Assembly: GCA_951406725.2 (NCBI GenBank)
Contig: OX597824.1
Coordinates: 10,912,001-10,976,000 of the forward strand
DNA length: 64,000 bases
DNA from: Octopus vulgaris
Lineage: Eukaryota
Direction: 5' to 3'
The notes under the pieces are model-generated. The model saw only the letters and a list, made by a program, of their open reading frames with translations, searched no databases and had not been told where the DNA came from. The position numbers and the translations under genes are program-made. Within the stretch, counting starts at the first letter, position 1. Every line of letters begins with the position of its first letter. Shown here piece by piece: positions 11,430 to 25,190 of this stretch.

Positions 11430-11897
11430 AATCGAAATCAAATCAAATCCGCAAATTCGATGACTGGCATCTGTGCTAGTGGAGCGCTAAGAGCACCATC
11501 CAAGCATGATTGCTACCAGAGAAGCTGACTGGCTTCCGTGCTGGCAGCACGTAAAAAGCACCATTCAAGCGTGATCGTTACCAGCGTTGCCTCACTGGCA
11601 CTTGAAAAACATTCGAGTGAGGTTGTTGCTAATGCCGCTAGACTGGCTCCTGTCCAGGTGGCATGTAAAAAACACCATTTGAGCATGGCCGTTGCCAGTA
11701 CCACCTGACTGGCCCTCGTGCCAGTGGCATGTAAAAGCACCCACTACACTCTCGGAGTGGTTGGCATTAGGAATGGCATCCAGCTGTAGAAACTCTGCTA
11801 GATCAGATTGGAGCCTGGTGCAGCCATCTGGTTCACCTGTCCTCAGTGAAATCGTCCAACCCATACTAGCATGGAAAGTTGACGTATGATGATGATG
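11430..11897 (+). mobile_element. RTE LINE 3'-UTR fragment
   Basis: Matches 9790-10154, with internal ~55-70-bp repeats (gtggcacgtaaaaagcacc) and a (GAT)n end. Confidence 0.8.
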
Positions 11898-12118
11898 AAT
11901 CCCTTTACATGGTATTTTAGACAAGATGAGAGTATCATCTAGTTTGATTGCAGTATTAATACTCATCAATATCCTTTCCATTTCAAGTAACATCAATGTA
12001 TGTCTGCTGGTATTAACAAAACAGCTTCTATACGATCATTTAATCTGCAGGAGGAAATAGCCAAATCTCCCTCACATCATTCTCTCCCATATTAAACACA
12101 TAATATGTTGCAATATAA

Positions 12119-12480
12119 TCTCTCTCTATATAAAGCTGAAGTTGTCTGTGTGTGGCAGGTTTGGTAGCCTTCAACTAACACTATCTTCTCCGAGACCCTG
12201 CAGCACAAGTTGACCAAGATTGAGAGTATGATAGAAGAAGGCTTGCTCTTCCTTCTGTAGAAGAAAAAATTCAAATCGGACCATGTTAACACCAAAAATT
12301 ATTTACATCAATTATTTATGATTTTTTGACTGCTGTGTCACCATTTTTCAGTATATTTCAACCAGAAAAATGTTCATTTAAAGAGAATAACAAGCTACAT
12401 AATGCAAAATTTTTACTTTTCAAAAATTCCAATTCTAAAGGGTCGAAACAAACCCGAGCAACACTGGGCAATACAGCTAG
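12119..12480 (+). mobile_element. Non-autonomous Helitron, copy 2
   Basis: A|TC...cccgagcaacactggg...CTAG|T; collinear with 7788-8188 apart from an internal deletion. Confidence 0.85.
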
Positions 12481-13105
12481 TTTCTGATAAACAATAAGAC
12501 AGGAAGGTTATTGTTCAAAAGCCTTTCATTAAAGGTCAATTCAATGAGGAATGATTTACAACTTATTAACAAAAACCAGCTTTACTTCAAGTCAACGAGG
12601 AAAGGTTTCAACACAATTTCTAGCCTGCTAGAAACAGTAGCTACACTTGACACTCTACTGTCTTAAATTAGGAAATGGTCGTATGTCTATCATTATTATC
12701 ATTGTTTTAGTGTTAATTTTTACATGCTCACATGGGTCAAATGCAGATCTTCCAGAACGAGGCTGATCAAGGCTGTAGTTTCCGGCTCAGAATATCTGGA
12801 ACCACTGGCTTACACTCATTGTCCGATCCCCATATACTGCATTAATATTCCTCATGCTTTCCGTTGCATTGTTGCCTTTATTGAACTCAGAGCAAAATAT
12901 GCCAAATATGCTCCTTTGTCACTTCCATTATAGCTTTGAAAAAATAACTTAAAATTGAACTGCACTCTTCAAAACTTGCACTAAGAATAAGTACAAGGTA
13001 AAATTACTACCTGCTTCTATAGCAAATTGAAGCAGGTAGTTTAACCCGTCCCCCTCTGACATTTAGTTCATGCAATAGAAAAAACCACGTTATTTATGGG
13101 ATGAC

Positions 13106-13146
<41 letters not shown>

Positions 13147-13169
13147 ATATATATATACATATATATATA

Positions 13170-13300
13170 TAGTTAATCCAAACAAGAAAGCACAAAAAAA
13201 CACGACGTGGAACAAATATAGTATTATTGTACGCTCAGGAAAGAAGGAGGGTTTAACATTTCAAGCGGAGCTCTTCGTCGGAAACATAGAAGGGAAGACT
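13170..13300 (-). mobile_element. Penelope-like fragment with hammerhead-like motif (13250-13287), inserted in (TA)n
   Basis: Near-identical to 7093-7235; minus strand reads guuuccgacgaagagcuccgcuugaaauguuaaac. Confidence 0.6.
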
Positions 13301-14537
13301 ATGAGCATTATACTAATACATCTGTTTGTTTTGTACATCACCTGTCTACGTCTTGTTTTTTTCGTAAACTCTAGAATGTTATATATTTTATATATATTAT
13401 ATATATATTTTTTCATAAACTATTGAATGTTATTATATATACCTAACTTGAATAAGGTTAACTTTATAACATTGATATATAACAGTGTACCATATGTATG
13501 TAGAATGAGGTTAAAGAGAAATTCTGCAATGAAAGCACCCTCTATGTGCATTTAATAATAAGGGTAAGGTGTACTCTAATAGGCCAACACTGTAAGCAGT
13601 GAAGCATAAAAACCTCAATGACTACTGAAGAAATTTAAATGCTAGTTAATCCTACAGTCTGGGTGACACAGAGTGCTTCTGTTGTTTGTAAAACAATCAT
13701 GGCGCTAGAAAGAAACAACCAGAGCTGTATTAAGTATCTTTTACAAGATTAATAACACAGCAATTAAAAGGTGGGCAGTGATGTTTAATACCTGGTGAAA
13801 AATCTGATGTACAAAATTATATAAGCAACGTCTGTATTGAAAGCTGATGAGTATGTAGCAAAAGCCACTTATTATACAATAATGAATATTATCAACTAGT
13901 TATTGCTATCACAATTAGTGGGTTACATACAATACTGGATGGTATCAACTGGTTATTGTTATCAAAATTAGTAGGTATCGTATCATATGCATAATATTAT
14001 CAATATTTATTTCTTTACTACCCACAAGGGGCTAAACACAGAGGGGACAAACATACGGATTAAGTCGATTACATCAACCTCAGTGCGTAACTGGTACTTA
14101 ATTTATCGACCCCGAAAGGATGAAAGGCAAGGTCGATCTCGGCGGAATTTGAACTCAGAATGTAACAGTAGATGAAATACGGCTAAGCATTTTGCCCAGC
14201 GTGCTAATGATTCTGCCAGCTCCAATATTGTTATCAAAAAGGTTTTGTTCTGTAGTAATCATTGAACAAGTGTATGCAGATCAGTTTTATCACCCTGCAC
14301 ACATCTCAGATAGGCCCATCAGATGGCATGTCTATGTAACTCAAACCAGCAATATCCTGGCACTCAGTAACACTGCCAAACCAAGAATCTCTGGAAGTTA
14401 ATATGAAAAAGATACGAGGATAGGAAATGAGTTTCTTAATAGTAAAAAAATCTAAATAATTAAAAGCTTGAACCACACTTTCATGAGAGTTTGATCAACC
14501 CACCTTGACAGGTAGTTCTTCAAATTTTAATATCAAG

Positions 14538-14918
14538 TTCTTATTTCTTTATTGCCCACAAGGGGCTAAACAGAGGGGACAAACAAGGAGAGACAAACTG
14601 ATTAAGTCGATTATATCAACCCCAGTGCGTAACTGGTTCTTATTTAATCGACCCTGATAGGATGAAAGGCAAAGTCGACCTCGGCGGAATTTGAACTCAG
14701 AACATAACGGCAGACGAAATACCTATTTCTTTACTACCCACAAGGAGCTACACACAGAGAGGACAAACAAGGACAGACAAACAGATTAAGTCGATTATAT
14801 CAATCCCAGTGCGTAACCGGTACTTTTTTTTAATCGACCCCGAAAGGATGCAAGGCAAAGTCAACCTCGGCGGAATTTGAACTCAGAACGTAAAGACAGA
14901 CGAAATAGCACGAAGCAT
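14538..14918 (-). mobile_element. SINE family 4, tandem dimer
   Basis: Two head-to-tail units of the ...gagttcaaattccgccgaggtcgactttgcc...ccccttgtgggtagtaaagaaata family; another copy is at 14008-14222. Confidence 0.8.
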
Positions 14919-16409
14919 GTATTTTTCAAGACATTCAAACATTAGTATGGATTTTCTAAAACCATAAGCTTTATTTTTAAAAGCTTGAAGCACTCCCAGA
15001 CACCCCTTCTGAAGGATCGGTGCACTGCAGTGCACCATTTGGAAACCATTGATCTAGACAATCACGTATACCGTAAACTCAATTGCCAGGTGACAGGAGC
15101 TTCCAGTACGATATACAATGAGTTCTCTGCTGTTCTTCACTAAACATGGATAGCAGCAGAGATTATTAACCTGAGCAACACAAGCATCTTTATTAAATCA
15201 ACTTCAAATAAAGAGCAAGATGAAAAGAAAGCAGCTGTCCCACTGTAGAAGAACAAAGAACAAAGTAACACCAGACCATAACTGATGACCTACAAATTGG
15301 TTCGCTTTAGTATCACTGCTGTGATATTTAGTTACACAAAGCCAGCTAGTTCTTCATCTGTTAGGGGGTGCAGCCTAGGAGCAGAGGGGGTGGCTGGGAC
15401 TATACAGAAGACAATGAAGAAGATAATAAGCTTCCACTTGAAAGTAATAAATCAAAGTAATTGTTTCACACCAACGCTCCATTATGGTTCCACTTGGTTG
15501 GTTAACATTACAGAATGGCAAAATGCTTGATGCCAGTCGGATAGTTTTGACTTGGGTTTTCTCAGCTGCACATTCCACCATTCAACACTATATCATGGTG
15601 AAAAACTGACACAGCATGCTTCTTTAAGACAGGACTATCCCATCCGTACCACCCAAGACCTATTGAAAATTAATGATATAAAAAAAAAGATCCCTTATAA
15701 GTACTCCTTACAAAGCCACGATGCATAACACACTGGAACACATGCAACAATATTACCATATGTAAATATCCAACAAATGTTAGATTTTTCTTTTCCATTT
15801 CTTAATTGCTTATTCAGAAAAGAGTAGCACATATGACCCCCACCCACCCACTTTTTTTTTTTTTTTTTTTTCAGAACTTTGTATCTGGGGGGAAATAGAA
15901 GGGAGAAAGTTACCTTTTGACTGGATACTTGATTTGAAACAGGTTGGATTTTACTAAACAAGATAATGTACATACACAAGGGTGGTGCTTGTCTATGGGC
16001 AATGAATTAAGCTTGCCACCCACTTATAAGTAATGTAGGAATGGATTTAGTATAGTAATGAGGCTAAGGTCACACGACAATGTTTGGGTGAGAGTTGACC
16101 TCATCATGAAAGTGTGGCTGGCTTTTTTTTTCTCTCTCATAAAATGTGAAGATAGCCAATGCCACAATACAGACATATATAGGTTAACTCACCACTTGTA
16201 GTCACATATAGCTCTCCAGAATGAACACACACACACACACATTCTTATCTATAAAAAATTAATGCAACTCTTTAATTCACTTCATAACAAAATATCCAAA
16301 ACTCTATCTCTCCTTCCTCTTTCTTTCTCTCTCACACACCACACACTATCTTTTACTTGTTTCAGTTGCTGGACTGTGGCCTTGTTGTGGCACCACCTTT
16401 AAAGTTTTT

Positions 16410-16708
16410 AGTTGTTCCTTCTCGAGCCATGCCTGGCTCATAAGGGCCGGTTTCCCGGTTTCTTGGCGTATAGGTTCCCCACCTGGATAGGACGCCAGTC
16501 CATTGCAGGTGAGCTGCAAGATGCAGGGGGAAAGAGTGAGAGAAAGTTGTGGCGAAAGAGTCAGTAGAAGTTTCGCCATTACCTTCTGTCAGAGCATTGT
16601 GGAGCTTAGGTGTTTCGCTCATAAACACACATCGCCCGGTCTGAGATTTGAACCCGCGATCCCTCAATCATGAGTCCGCTGCTCTAACCACTAGGCCATG
16701 TGCCTCCA
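16410..16708 (-). mobile_element. tRNA-derived SINE family 3
   Basis: Minus-strand head ggaggcacatggcctagtggttagagcagcggac; body shared with 51956 and 59466. Confidence 0.8.
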
Positions 16709-16849
16709 CTAAAGTTTTTAGTCAAATAGATCCATCTAGGTATTTATTTTAAAGTCTGGTACTCGTTCTATCAGTTTCTTTTGCCAGTCTCCTAAGTTAC
16801 AAAGACATAAATAAACCAATACTGGTTGTCAAGAAATGGTGGAAGGCTA

Positions 16850-16885
<36 letters not shown>

Positions 16886-17265
16886 ACACACACACACTTG
16901 TTTGAGTTTCCATCTGCCAAATCCACTCATAAGGCTTTGGGCAGCCTGAGGCTGTAGTTGCAGATATTTGCCCAAAGTGTCACAGTGGAACTGAACTAAA
17001 AACCAAATAGTTGAGAAATAAACTTCTTAACCACACACCCATGCCTGTGCATGCACACACACACACAGCTACATTCATTTACAAAGATGTCAAACTGTAA
17101 GTACATTATAGAGCATATAACTATGTGTGCATCCCAGTATTTGTATATGTGGTCAACAAATTTCATATAAACTCATGTTAATCAGTCTCAATTGAAATCT
17201 GCACATGGGAGCCATTGGTGATTGTACCAAAATCAACATAGATCCTATTGTTAACTAAAAGTTAA

Positions 17266-17652
17266 AGACGCAGGAGTGGCTGTGTGGTAAGTAGCTTGCT
17301 TAGCAACCACATGGTTCTGGGTTCAGTCCCACTGTGTAGTACCTTGGGCAAGTGTCTTCTTCTATAACCTCGGGCCGACCAAAGCCTTGTGAGTGGATTT
17401 GGTAGACGGAAACTGAAAGAAGCCCATCATATATATGCATGTCTGTGTGTGTGTTTGTACCCCCAACATCGCTTGACAACCGATGCTGGTGTGTTTACGT
17501 CCCCGTAACTTAGTGGTTCGGCAAAAAGAGACCGATAGAATAAGTACTAGGCTTACAAAGAATAAGTCCTGGGGTCGATTTGCTCGACTATAAAGGCGGT
17601 GCTCCAGCATGGCCGCAGTCAAACGACTGAAACAATCAAAAGAGTAAAAGAG
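17266..17652 (+). mobile_element. Near-intact SINE family 1 (tRNA-derived, CORE-like)
   Basis: A box tggctgtgtggt, B box ggttcagtcc, accttgggcaagtg CORE-like segment, short (TG)n and a (agtaaaag)n tail. Resembles octopus OR-type SINEs (recalled, not searched). Confidence 0.85.
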
Positions 17653-18611
17653 ACTATAAGATAAAGAGAAGGCGAAGGAAGAGGTTTGAACCAAGTCAGT
17701 TTCAGGGTAGCAAAGGAAACCCTGAATGTTATAACTTCAGCTCTGGGTTTCAAAGGGTTGAAGTAACTTGTAGGTATTTACAAGTTACCAACAGTTACCA
17801 ACATTAGAACTAGTCTATTCTTAGTGTCTCCCTTAAGTGAGAAAATGAAAAACCCTTCATGCTATATCTATATCTGTCTCCATCTTCCTAATACATCTGT
17901 CTGTTGGCCTGTCTGTCAGTCTCTCTTTCTACTCCCTCCTCCTTGCCTTGGTCTCCATCAATAACCATCCCTCGGGAGAGGAATAAACAATAAATCACCT
18001 AAGAAAAGTGTAATCCCCCAGCGAAATACATAACTTAGACATATCAGCTGCTCTCACCAAGCACACACAACACACACACCTCACTATACTAATATACCTT
18101 ACAAGGTAACGATGTGACATTAAACAACCAAACTAATAATAGTGGCCCATGGTGGGACTGTTGCCAGTAAATGTATGCGTGTGTTTGTGAGAAAGTGTGT
18201 CTATATACACACATGCCTCAAGGTAAGCCCAACATATATGAACAAATTATTCAAATAGTAGTTGTCATTTGCTTAGACTATAAATATTTTTGAAATAACA
18301 ATGTTCTCTGAAAACATCTGACATCTTGGGAGATATTTTCTGTATACACGTAAGAGAATGTAACTATGAATGGATAGTGTGGCAGGGTAAGTACATGGAG
18401 CAATGTGCATATGCACATACATGAAGCTGTGAGTGTGAAACAAAAGGTATTATTTTCTGTGTTGTATTTCAATAAAGGGGGTTTAATAATAACTCTTATA
18501 GGGGGCTAATGTTATAAAACTGTATACATAAGTTAGGAGATATACACTGATATTACTTTGTTTTTACACCTGTTTTTCCATGCTAGCATGGGTTAGATGA
18601 ATATATTATTG

Positions 18612-19032
18612 GGATCTTTTCGGTTTGAACGGCAGTTTTTTCTAGCGGTGTCATATGAAATTGTCACCCATAATTATGACCCTAGTATCGATCTATTGCA
18701 TTTCAATCTGTTTTAGGGTTAGGATTAGTTAGGGTTAGGGGGAAGGGTATCTTTTTTTCTTCACAAATGTTAATAAACCCAATCTGTTTCTTAAACAAGG
18801 GACATATTCATATGGCACAGAATGTTTTTTACCTCAATGGACATCAGTGATTGGTTGAAATTGCAGAAATTGAAGGAAAAAAACAACAAATATCTTACAA
18901 ACTATAGAATTTTCTCAATAAAGCCAAGAGAAAAAGATGTTTCATAAACACATTCTACCAGTATACGAAGTTTAAAATTTTTTAGTTACCTAGAAATTAT
19001 GTTACAAACTGCCGTTCAAACCGAAAAGATCC
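18612..19032. mobile_element. MITE with perfect 27-bp TIRs and 8-bp TSD, containing TTAGGG-like repeats
   Basis: TIR ggatcttttcggtttgaacggcagttt and its exact reverse complement; TSD tattattg at 18604-18611 and 19033-19040. Confidence 0.9.
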
Positions 19033-19502
19033 TATTATTGAAACATTGCTTTACAGCTGGATACTCTTCCTGTCATTAACCTTTACTTGTTTTGTGTTTT
19101 TTTTCTTGTCTCCCCCCCCCCTCCTTTCAAGGAAATGATCTCTTATCCTAAACATCTTTGAAAGTATGTAGCCAGAGTATGATTCGTTAACAGCAAAATG
19201 ACCAATGTCACCAACTCAGCAATTTTTCAGAGAAATGCAAATATTGTGTCCCCCCCCACCTCCACTACCTCTCCCCCTGATTTAGAAAACAGCTTTGGAA
19301 AAGAAGTTTTTATATGTAATTATGCCAAATCATTTCATGCATAATTTTATTGTCTATAACTTACCTGAACCTTTCTTTATACACATCGTCAATTATTTAC
19401 TTTTACTGAAGTAATAGCTGTTGATATAATTTATGTATCAGATATTAATTTAACTTGTATATTCAATTTGCATATTATAGCAAGCATACCAGTCTGTACA
19501 TA

Positions 19503-19540
<38 letters not shown>

Positions 19541-20384
19541 CGCATGTGCATGCACAGATATAGGGGAGGAGGGCTACTGGTTAGGGTACTGCACTCACGT
19601 AGGTTTGATTCTCAAGCCAGGAGGTGCATTGTAAAACCTACGAAGGGCATCTCCTACCAGTAAAATATTCACAGGATATGTAGCTTAAATGAGTAAGGAA
19701 AAGGATAACCTCCAGCTGTTACACCTCGGATCATAAGAAACGTTAGGAAAAGGTAATAAAAATATTGATCTACTTTAAAATGCAATACATTAAATGAAGA
19801 GGAAACGGCAGCTGTGATACCTGAAGGGTTGATGGAACTCACGCATTTTACTTATTAACTTAACTAGCAGCCTTGTTCTAAGTCCAATCAGTATCCACAA
19901 AAACAAATGAAATCTTTGCCATCTTCTAAGCCACAATTGTATTTATCCATTGTATTTATGCCAAAGACAAATATCTGTTTTGTAACTGTGGAATTGTGAA
20001 CAATGTGATATTAAAAAAGATATTTATAAGAAACAATAGATGAAAGATTAAGATTGAAAAAAAAAGCTTAGTGAATTTGTTAAAGATATGAACAGAATTA
20101 TTTATAAAAGGACAATGGCTGGTGTGAAAATGGATTTTATTTTGTCGTCGTCTGTCATTTGTTTGAGGTGTGAAGGAGAAACTACAAGTTTTACAGGATC
20201 GTTTTTCACACTGCTACTTCAAAACTGGAAATAAACCCACTGTACATGTTCCTACATGTTGAGAGCTAAAAATCTATTTTAAAAACAAAATTGTTGCCCT
20301 GACAAGAACATGGAAGCAGGGGAAACATCTCCAGTGTTAGGTATTTCGCTACCTATGCTGCTCTCTAGCAGAGAAGTTTAAAGG

Positions 20385-20987
20385 ATGGACACGAAAACTC
20401 TGCTTGCAAAGACCTGTTGAGGCAAGTGAAATCAAAATCAAAATCGAATTCGATGACTGGCATCCATGCTAGCAGGGTGCAAAGAGCACCATATGAGTGA
20501 TCATTGACAGAGCGTTTAACCAGCTTCCGTGCCAGTGACACTTAAAAGGCACCATTCGAGCGCGATTGTTACCAGCATCGCCTTACTGGCACTCGAGCCC
20601 CGTGCTAGTAGGGTATTAAGAGCACCATCTGAGCATGATCATTGCCACAGCGGCTATCTGGCCTCCGTGCTGGTGGCACGTAAAAGACACCATTCGAGTG
20701 TGATCATTACCAGCATCGCTTTACTGGCGCCTGTGCCAGTGGCATATGTAAAAGATTCGAGCGAGGTCGTTGCCAGTACTGCCTGACAGGCCCTCGTGCC
20801 GGTGGCACATAAAAGCACCCACTACACTCTCAGAGTGGTTGGCGTTAGGAAGAGCATCCAGCTGTAGAAACTCTGCCAGATCAACATTGAAGCCTGGTGC
20901 AGCCATCTGGTTCACCAGCCCTCAGTCATACGTCCAACCCATGCTAGCATGGAAAGCGGACGTTAAACGATGATGATGATAATGATA
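20385..20987 (+). mobile_element. RTE LINE 3'-UTR fragment with expanded internal repeats
   Basis: Matches 9745-10154; same subfamily as 33220-33663 (shared gcactcgagccccgtgctagtagggtattaagagcacc). Confidence 0.8.
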
Positions 20988-23900
20988 ACTATATTAAACC
21001 AACAGTAGAAACCATCTTGAAGCAAAACTAAAGAGAAACAAGAGTTGTGTTAAGCTTCAGTATACAGCTTTTGCATTTAAACCCATTGAAAAATACAACA
21101 CTAGTGATGAGATTAAGATCTGAATTCACACAAGGAAATCCCAATAGATTAGCAAGCCATTGGGATTCAAGCTAAATTTTATTACATTTATTATTAAGGT
21201 AGTGGATTGGTAGCAAAATTGTTGCAGTACTTGAAAGGATGCTATGCAATATCTGTTCAGGCTCTTTGCATTTTGATAGTAACTGCCATAAGCTGATTAA
21301 AATGCTTTGCTTCATACAAACAGACAACTTTTACCTAACTACCTCCAATAACTTAGTTAACATTTCAATGGGCAAGTTAAAATGTTTTTGCATTTGGTTT
21401 TGTAAGATTCTTGATGTGAACTCATGTGTTGAAACGGACTTTGTTGTATCTCAGAAGGGTTGTAATGCCAATAACACAAAATCACCACACAAGTCATTAG
21501 TCATCCTTGAGGATAACTAGGTGATCCTCATCACTCCAATGGACAAACATGATAAAACAAATTGTCCAAAATTAAAGAATTTTGAAGAACACATTTAAAT
21601 TCTTTACAAACAAGGAATACAGTGGATTAAGTAGGATCAGCTAACAACATATTTACCATTTTTACAACACTATTGGAACTAACAGCAAACAGCTATTATT
21701 ATTATTATTATTACTTCTGATAATTCTTCTAATTTAAATAACCACAATGTATATTGAAGATTCACAAAGAAAAGTTTACAGCTCTTTTAAACTTTACTAT
21801 TTCAAACATGGTAGATTCCATTCTCATGATCAATTAGCATCAGCTATACAGCTTATTGATTTATTGGAACCTGTAGAAAGCTCATATTACCAGAACTATA
21901 GCTGGATTAAAATCTCTAAAAAAATTTCTGAAAGCAAAAGCATCATGGCTTGCAATTCAAATGTCATGTTCACTGAATCATCAATAAATTATGCTACTTG
22001 GAAAGAAACAGATGTGTGAGAAAAACAAATAGGGGAAAAAAATCAGGAAAAAAAACAGAAAAAAAAAGCAAGAGAAGCAATAACAGGATTGGTTATATGA
22101 AGTCAACTGAGAAATATTCAATACCACCTACACAATCATCAAATCCAGACTTTGATCCAATTGCTTCTACTACTGGATCAGGGTTGACCTAGGGCTGAAC
22201 AGCAATGGCTACTTTATGTACCAATTTCATTCACGAGGTATTGGTAAGCTAAAGACTACAGAAGAAGAATTTACCCAAGTCACCATGTGCCATGCAGTGG
22301 TACTGAACCCAAAACCACATGGGCTGCAAAACAAAATTCTTCAGAAACCAGCCAAGCCTGCACCTATCCCATGTCGATGCTTATGAATGATGGGGTACCA
22401 TCATGAACTTTGGTTGATACATGATAATAGAAGGCACTTTCCAAAAGTGCAGCACACCAAGGATCGAACCCAAAACCACATCCTCAGAAACCTTAACCAC
22501 ACATCCATATATATACATATTCTCAATTTATTACTGATAAGCATCGATTTCAAAAGTGAAGTTTGGTAGGCCATCATTTGATATTCTATAACAGCTGTCA
22601 CACTAAAGATAAAGTTACGTATCCTTGAAATATTTTTATGGATAACTTTGCAACAGTATTATTTGAAACATAATAAAAGCCACTTATAATCCTAGATTAT
22701 GTTATTCTATCATCATTATAACATCAACTTTTCCATACCTACATGGGTCAGACAGAGTTTACTGAGGCAGATTTTTCTATGGCCAGATGCCCTTCATGTC
22801 ATCAACCCATATAAGTTTTCAAGCAAGGCAATATTTCCTCGTAACTAGATGTTTTCACAGAATATTGGAAATGAATGACATTCATTTACAACAACCATGC
22901 AATATCAAGACAAAGAAGTACAAGCATATTCATACATACAAACATTACGCACACGCATGTGTGCATGCACACACGCACATATACATGCCATAAAAAGTTG
23001 GGCGGTATGACAATTCGAAGATTATGGCCGTTTTGCAGCCTTCTTCCTGTAGTAATAATTTCCGTATAGACATTCTGCATTACACTTCCCTATGTTGGAT
23101 TACTGTATGGTCTGATAGCCGAGTCCATTAGAGGAGCTTTCTGAGATAGGCATAGGATTCTCCGAATCCATATCTTATACAACAAAAATATGTGGCTGTG
23201 TGGGTGTATTATATCGTAGGCTTTTTACAGTTTCCATCTACAAAATCTTCTCACAAGGATTTAGTTAGTGTGGGGCTACAGTACAAGACACTTGTTCAAG
23301 GTACCACACAGTGGGACTGAACCTGAAACCATGAGGTTAGGAAGCGAACTTCTTAATCACACAGCCATGCCTGCACTTATGATGAAATCAGATCATAATT
23401 GTCCACATTAATTGGGTTATACACTCAGGATATTGTTATATCCACTGGTTAATGTTATCAGTTGGTTATTACTATTTAAAGGACTCTGCCCCCAATGAGA
23501 TCACAACAGGCAACTGCCACTCTATCTAAAAACAACAAAATTCATAAGAAATATGAGAAATTAAAACAAAGATGCGTTTTTAATAATGTGTTTGGAAAAA
23601 ACTGTTTCCCTCTCTCCCCAATTAATATGTGCATGCCAGGGTGTGTGTGTATTACAGCAACTGGGAATTTAAAAGGCATCAAATGATATTTGTATGGGGA
23701 AAGCAAAAATAAAACGACAACAAATAAAAAGCTATAGGAGTGGTGGAATGTGGGGTGGTTGGGGGGAGGATGATGTGAAGCAGGTTACTGGATGCCATAT
23801 GTTGGTTCTGATATTGGTACAGATTAGAATTTAAGGAGGCAGTAAGAGTTGAGAATTAGGGGCCAGGAGAACAGAAACTTATAAAGTGAAATATATTATA

Positions 23901-24952
23901 AAGAAATAAGATAGAGAAGAATTACACGGAATCGGTGAACCGAAGTTAAGTGTGATGGAACTTGACTAATCATCATTTAATGAACAGAACACACACATGT
24001 ACACACACCATAAGGTGGCGGGGAGGGTTATTATCTCAAAAGAAATTAAATGTTAATTCTCACATTAACCCTCAAACGTCCATAAGATCAGTATTTAACT
24101 TCAGTTTTTTGCAGTGTCAAACAGATGTGAGGGAAATTTTTTTGCTCAGGATACAAACCATATCTAAGTAAACTATAAGAAAACAAAGGAGCCTGTAAAG
24201 AGGTGACCTACTGGCTAGAAATACCAGCCAACCCTTCCTCAAATTACACCTTACCACCATCAAAACAAAGAAAGATACTGGATAATATAGCCTTAGATAC
24301 ACAATGCCAAAGAAGACAGTACAGTCATGGCTGAAATGTCTTTCATCACAGGTCTGCTCAGGTAGGGTTAACCTGGGGTTAAATAACAACCACCAAATAA
24401 TTAGTATAGTGAATGCTATGTTTTACTGAGGAGATCAGAATGAGACTGAAACATGCCTGGATTTATCTCCCATACTAACAAGAGAATATGATATATTACT
24501 AACCATTGACTAACATTGTTTTCTTTTTTTCCACCGTATGTATGTGAGACAGCTGAACAAATCCAATATTGGACTGTGGTCCAATATTGTTCAGCCAACT
24601 CCCAGAGGGACACTGCTGATTGTCATCAGTGAAGAGGTTATGCATTACTGGAGTCTGTTCTGGCAGCAGGTTAGTCATCTCTTGCAGAGTATGCCTGGTG
24701 CCATGATCATAACCAACTCCTGGATATCCTTAGTGATACACTAAAGCAACAATACCACAGTGTCGTGCAATAAGAATTAATACAAGGCTATAATCTGTTG
24801 TTTTCCACAAGAACAAGAAAGGAGGAGACACGGGCAAAAACAAGAGAAAGCTGATACCCAGGTTTTCTACACGGTTATAATGACTAAAGGTGAAGAAAGT
24901 ACTATTCTCAAGCAATATTTTGTTATCAGAGCAGCACCCTGACCTTGTGGTA

Positions 24953-25190
24953 AGGTGGCGAGCTGGCAGAAACGTTAGCACGCCGGGCGAAATGCGTAGC
25001 CGTATTTCATCTGCCGTTATGTTCCGAGTTCAAATTCCGCCGAGGTCAACTTAGCCTTTTATCCTTTCGGGGTCGATAAATTAAGTACCAGTTACGCACT
25101 GGGCTCAGTGTAATCGACTTAATCCCTTTGTCTGTCCTTGTTTGTCCTCTCTGTGTTTAGCCCCTTGTGGGTATAGTAAAGAAATAGGTA
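24953..25190 (+). mobile_element. SINE family 4 (tRNA-like head ggcgagctggcagaa...gagttcaaattcc)
   Basis: Full-length copy. Others lie at ~8643, 37238, 38072, 40767, 43935, 45986 (dimer), 55832 and 62820 (-). Confidence 0.85.

Noticed and set aside
13006-13040. 12-bp hairpin resembling a terminator
   Set aside because: The context is eukaryotic and the hairpin is isolated; probably a TE remnant or chance.
19365-19417. Possible minus-strand exon with CAG|GTAAGT donor
   Set aside because: Nearby acceptors give non-triplet lengths or stops, the pyrimidine tract is weak, and there is no family similarity.
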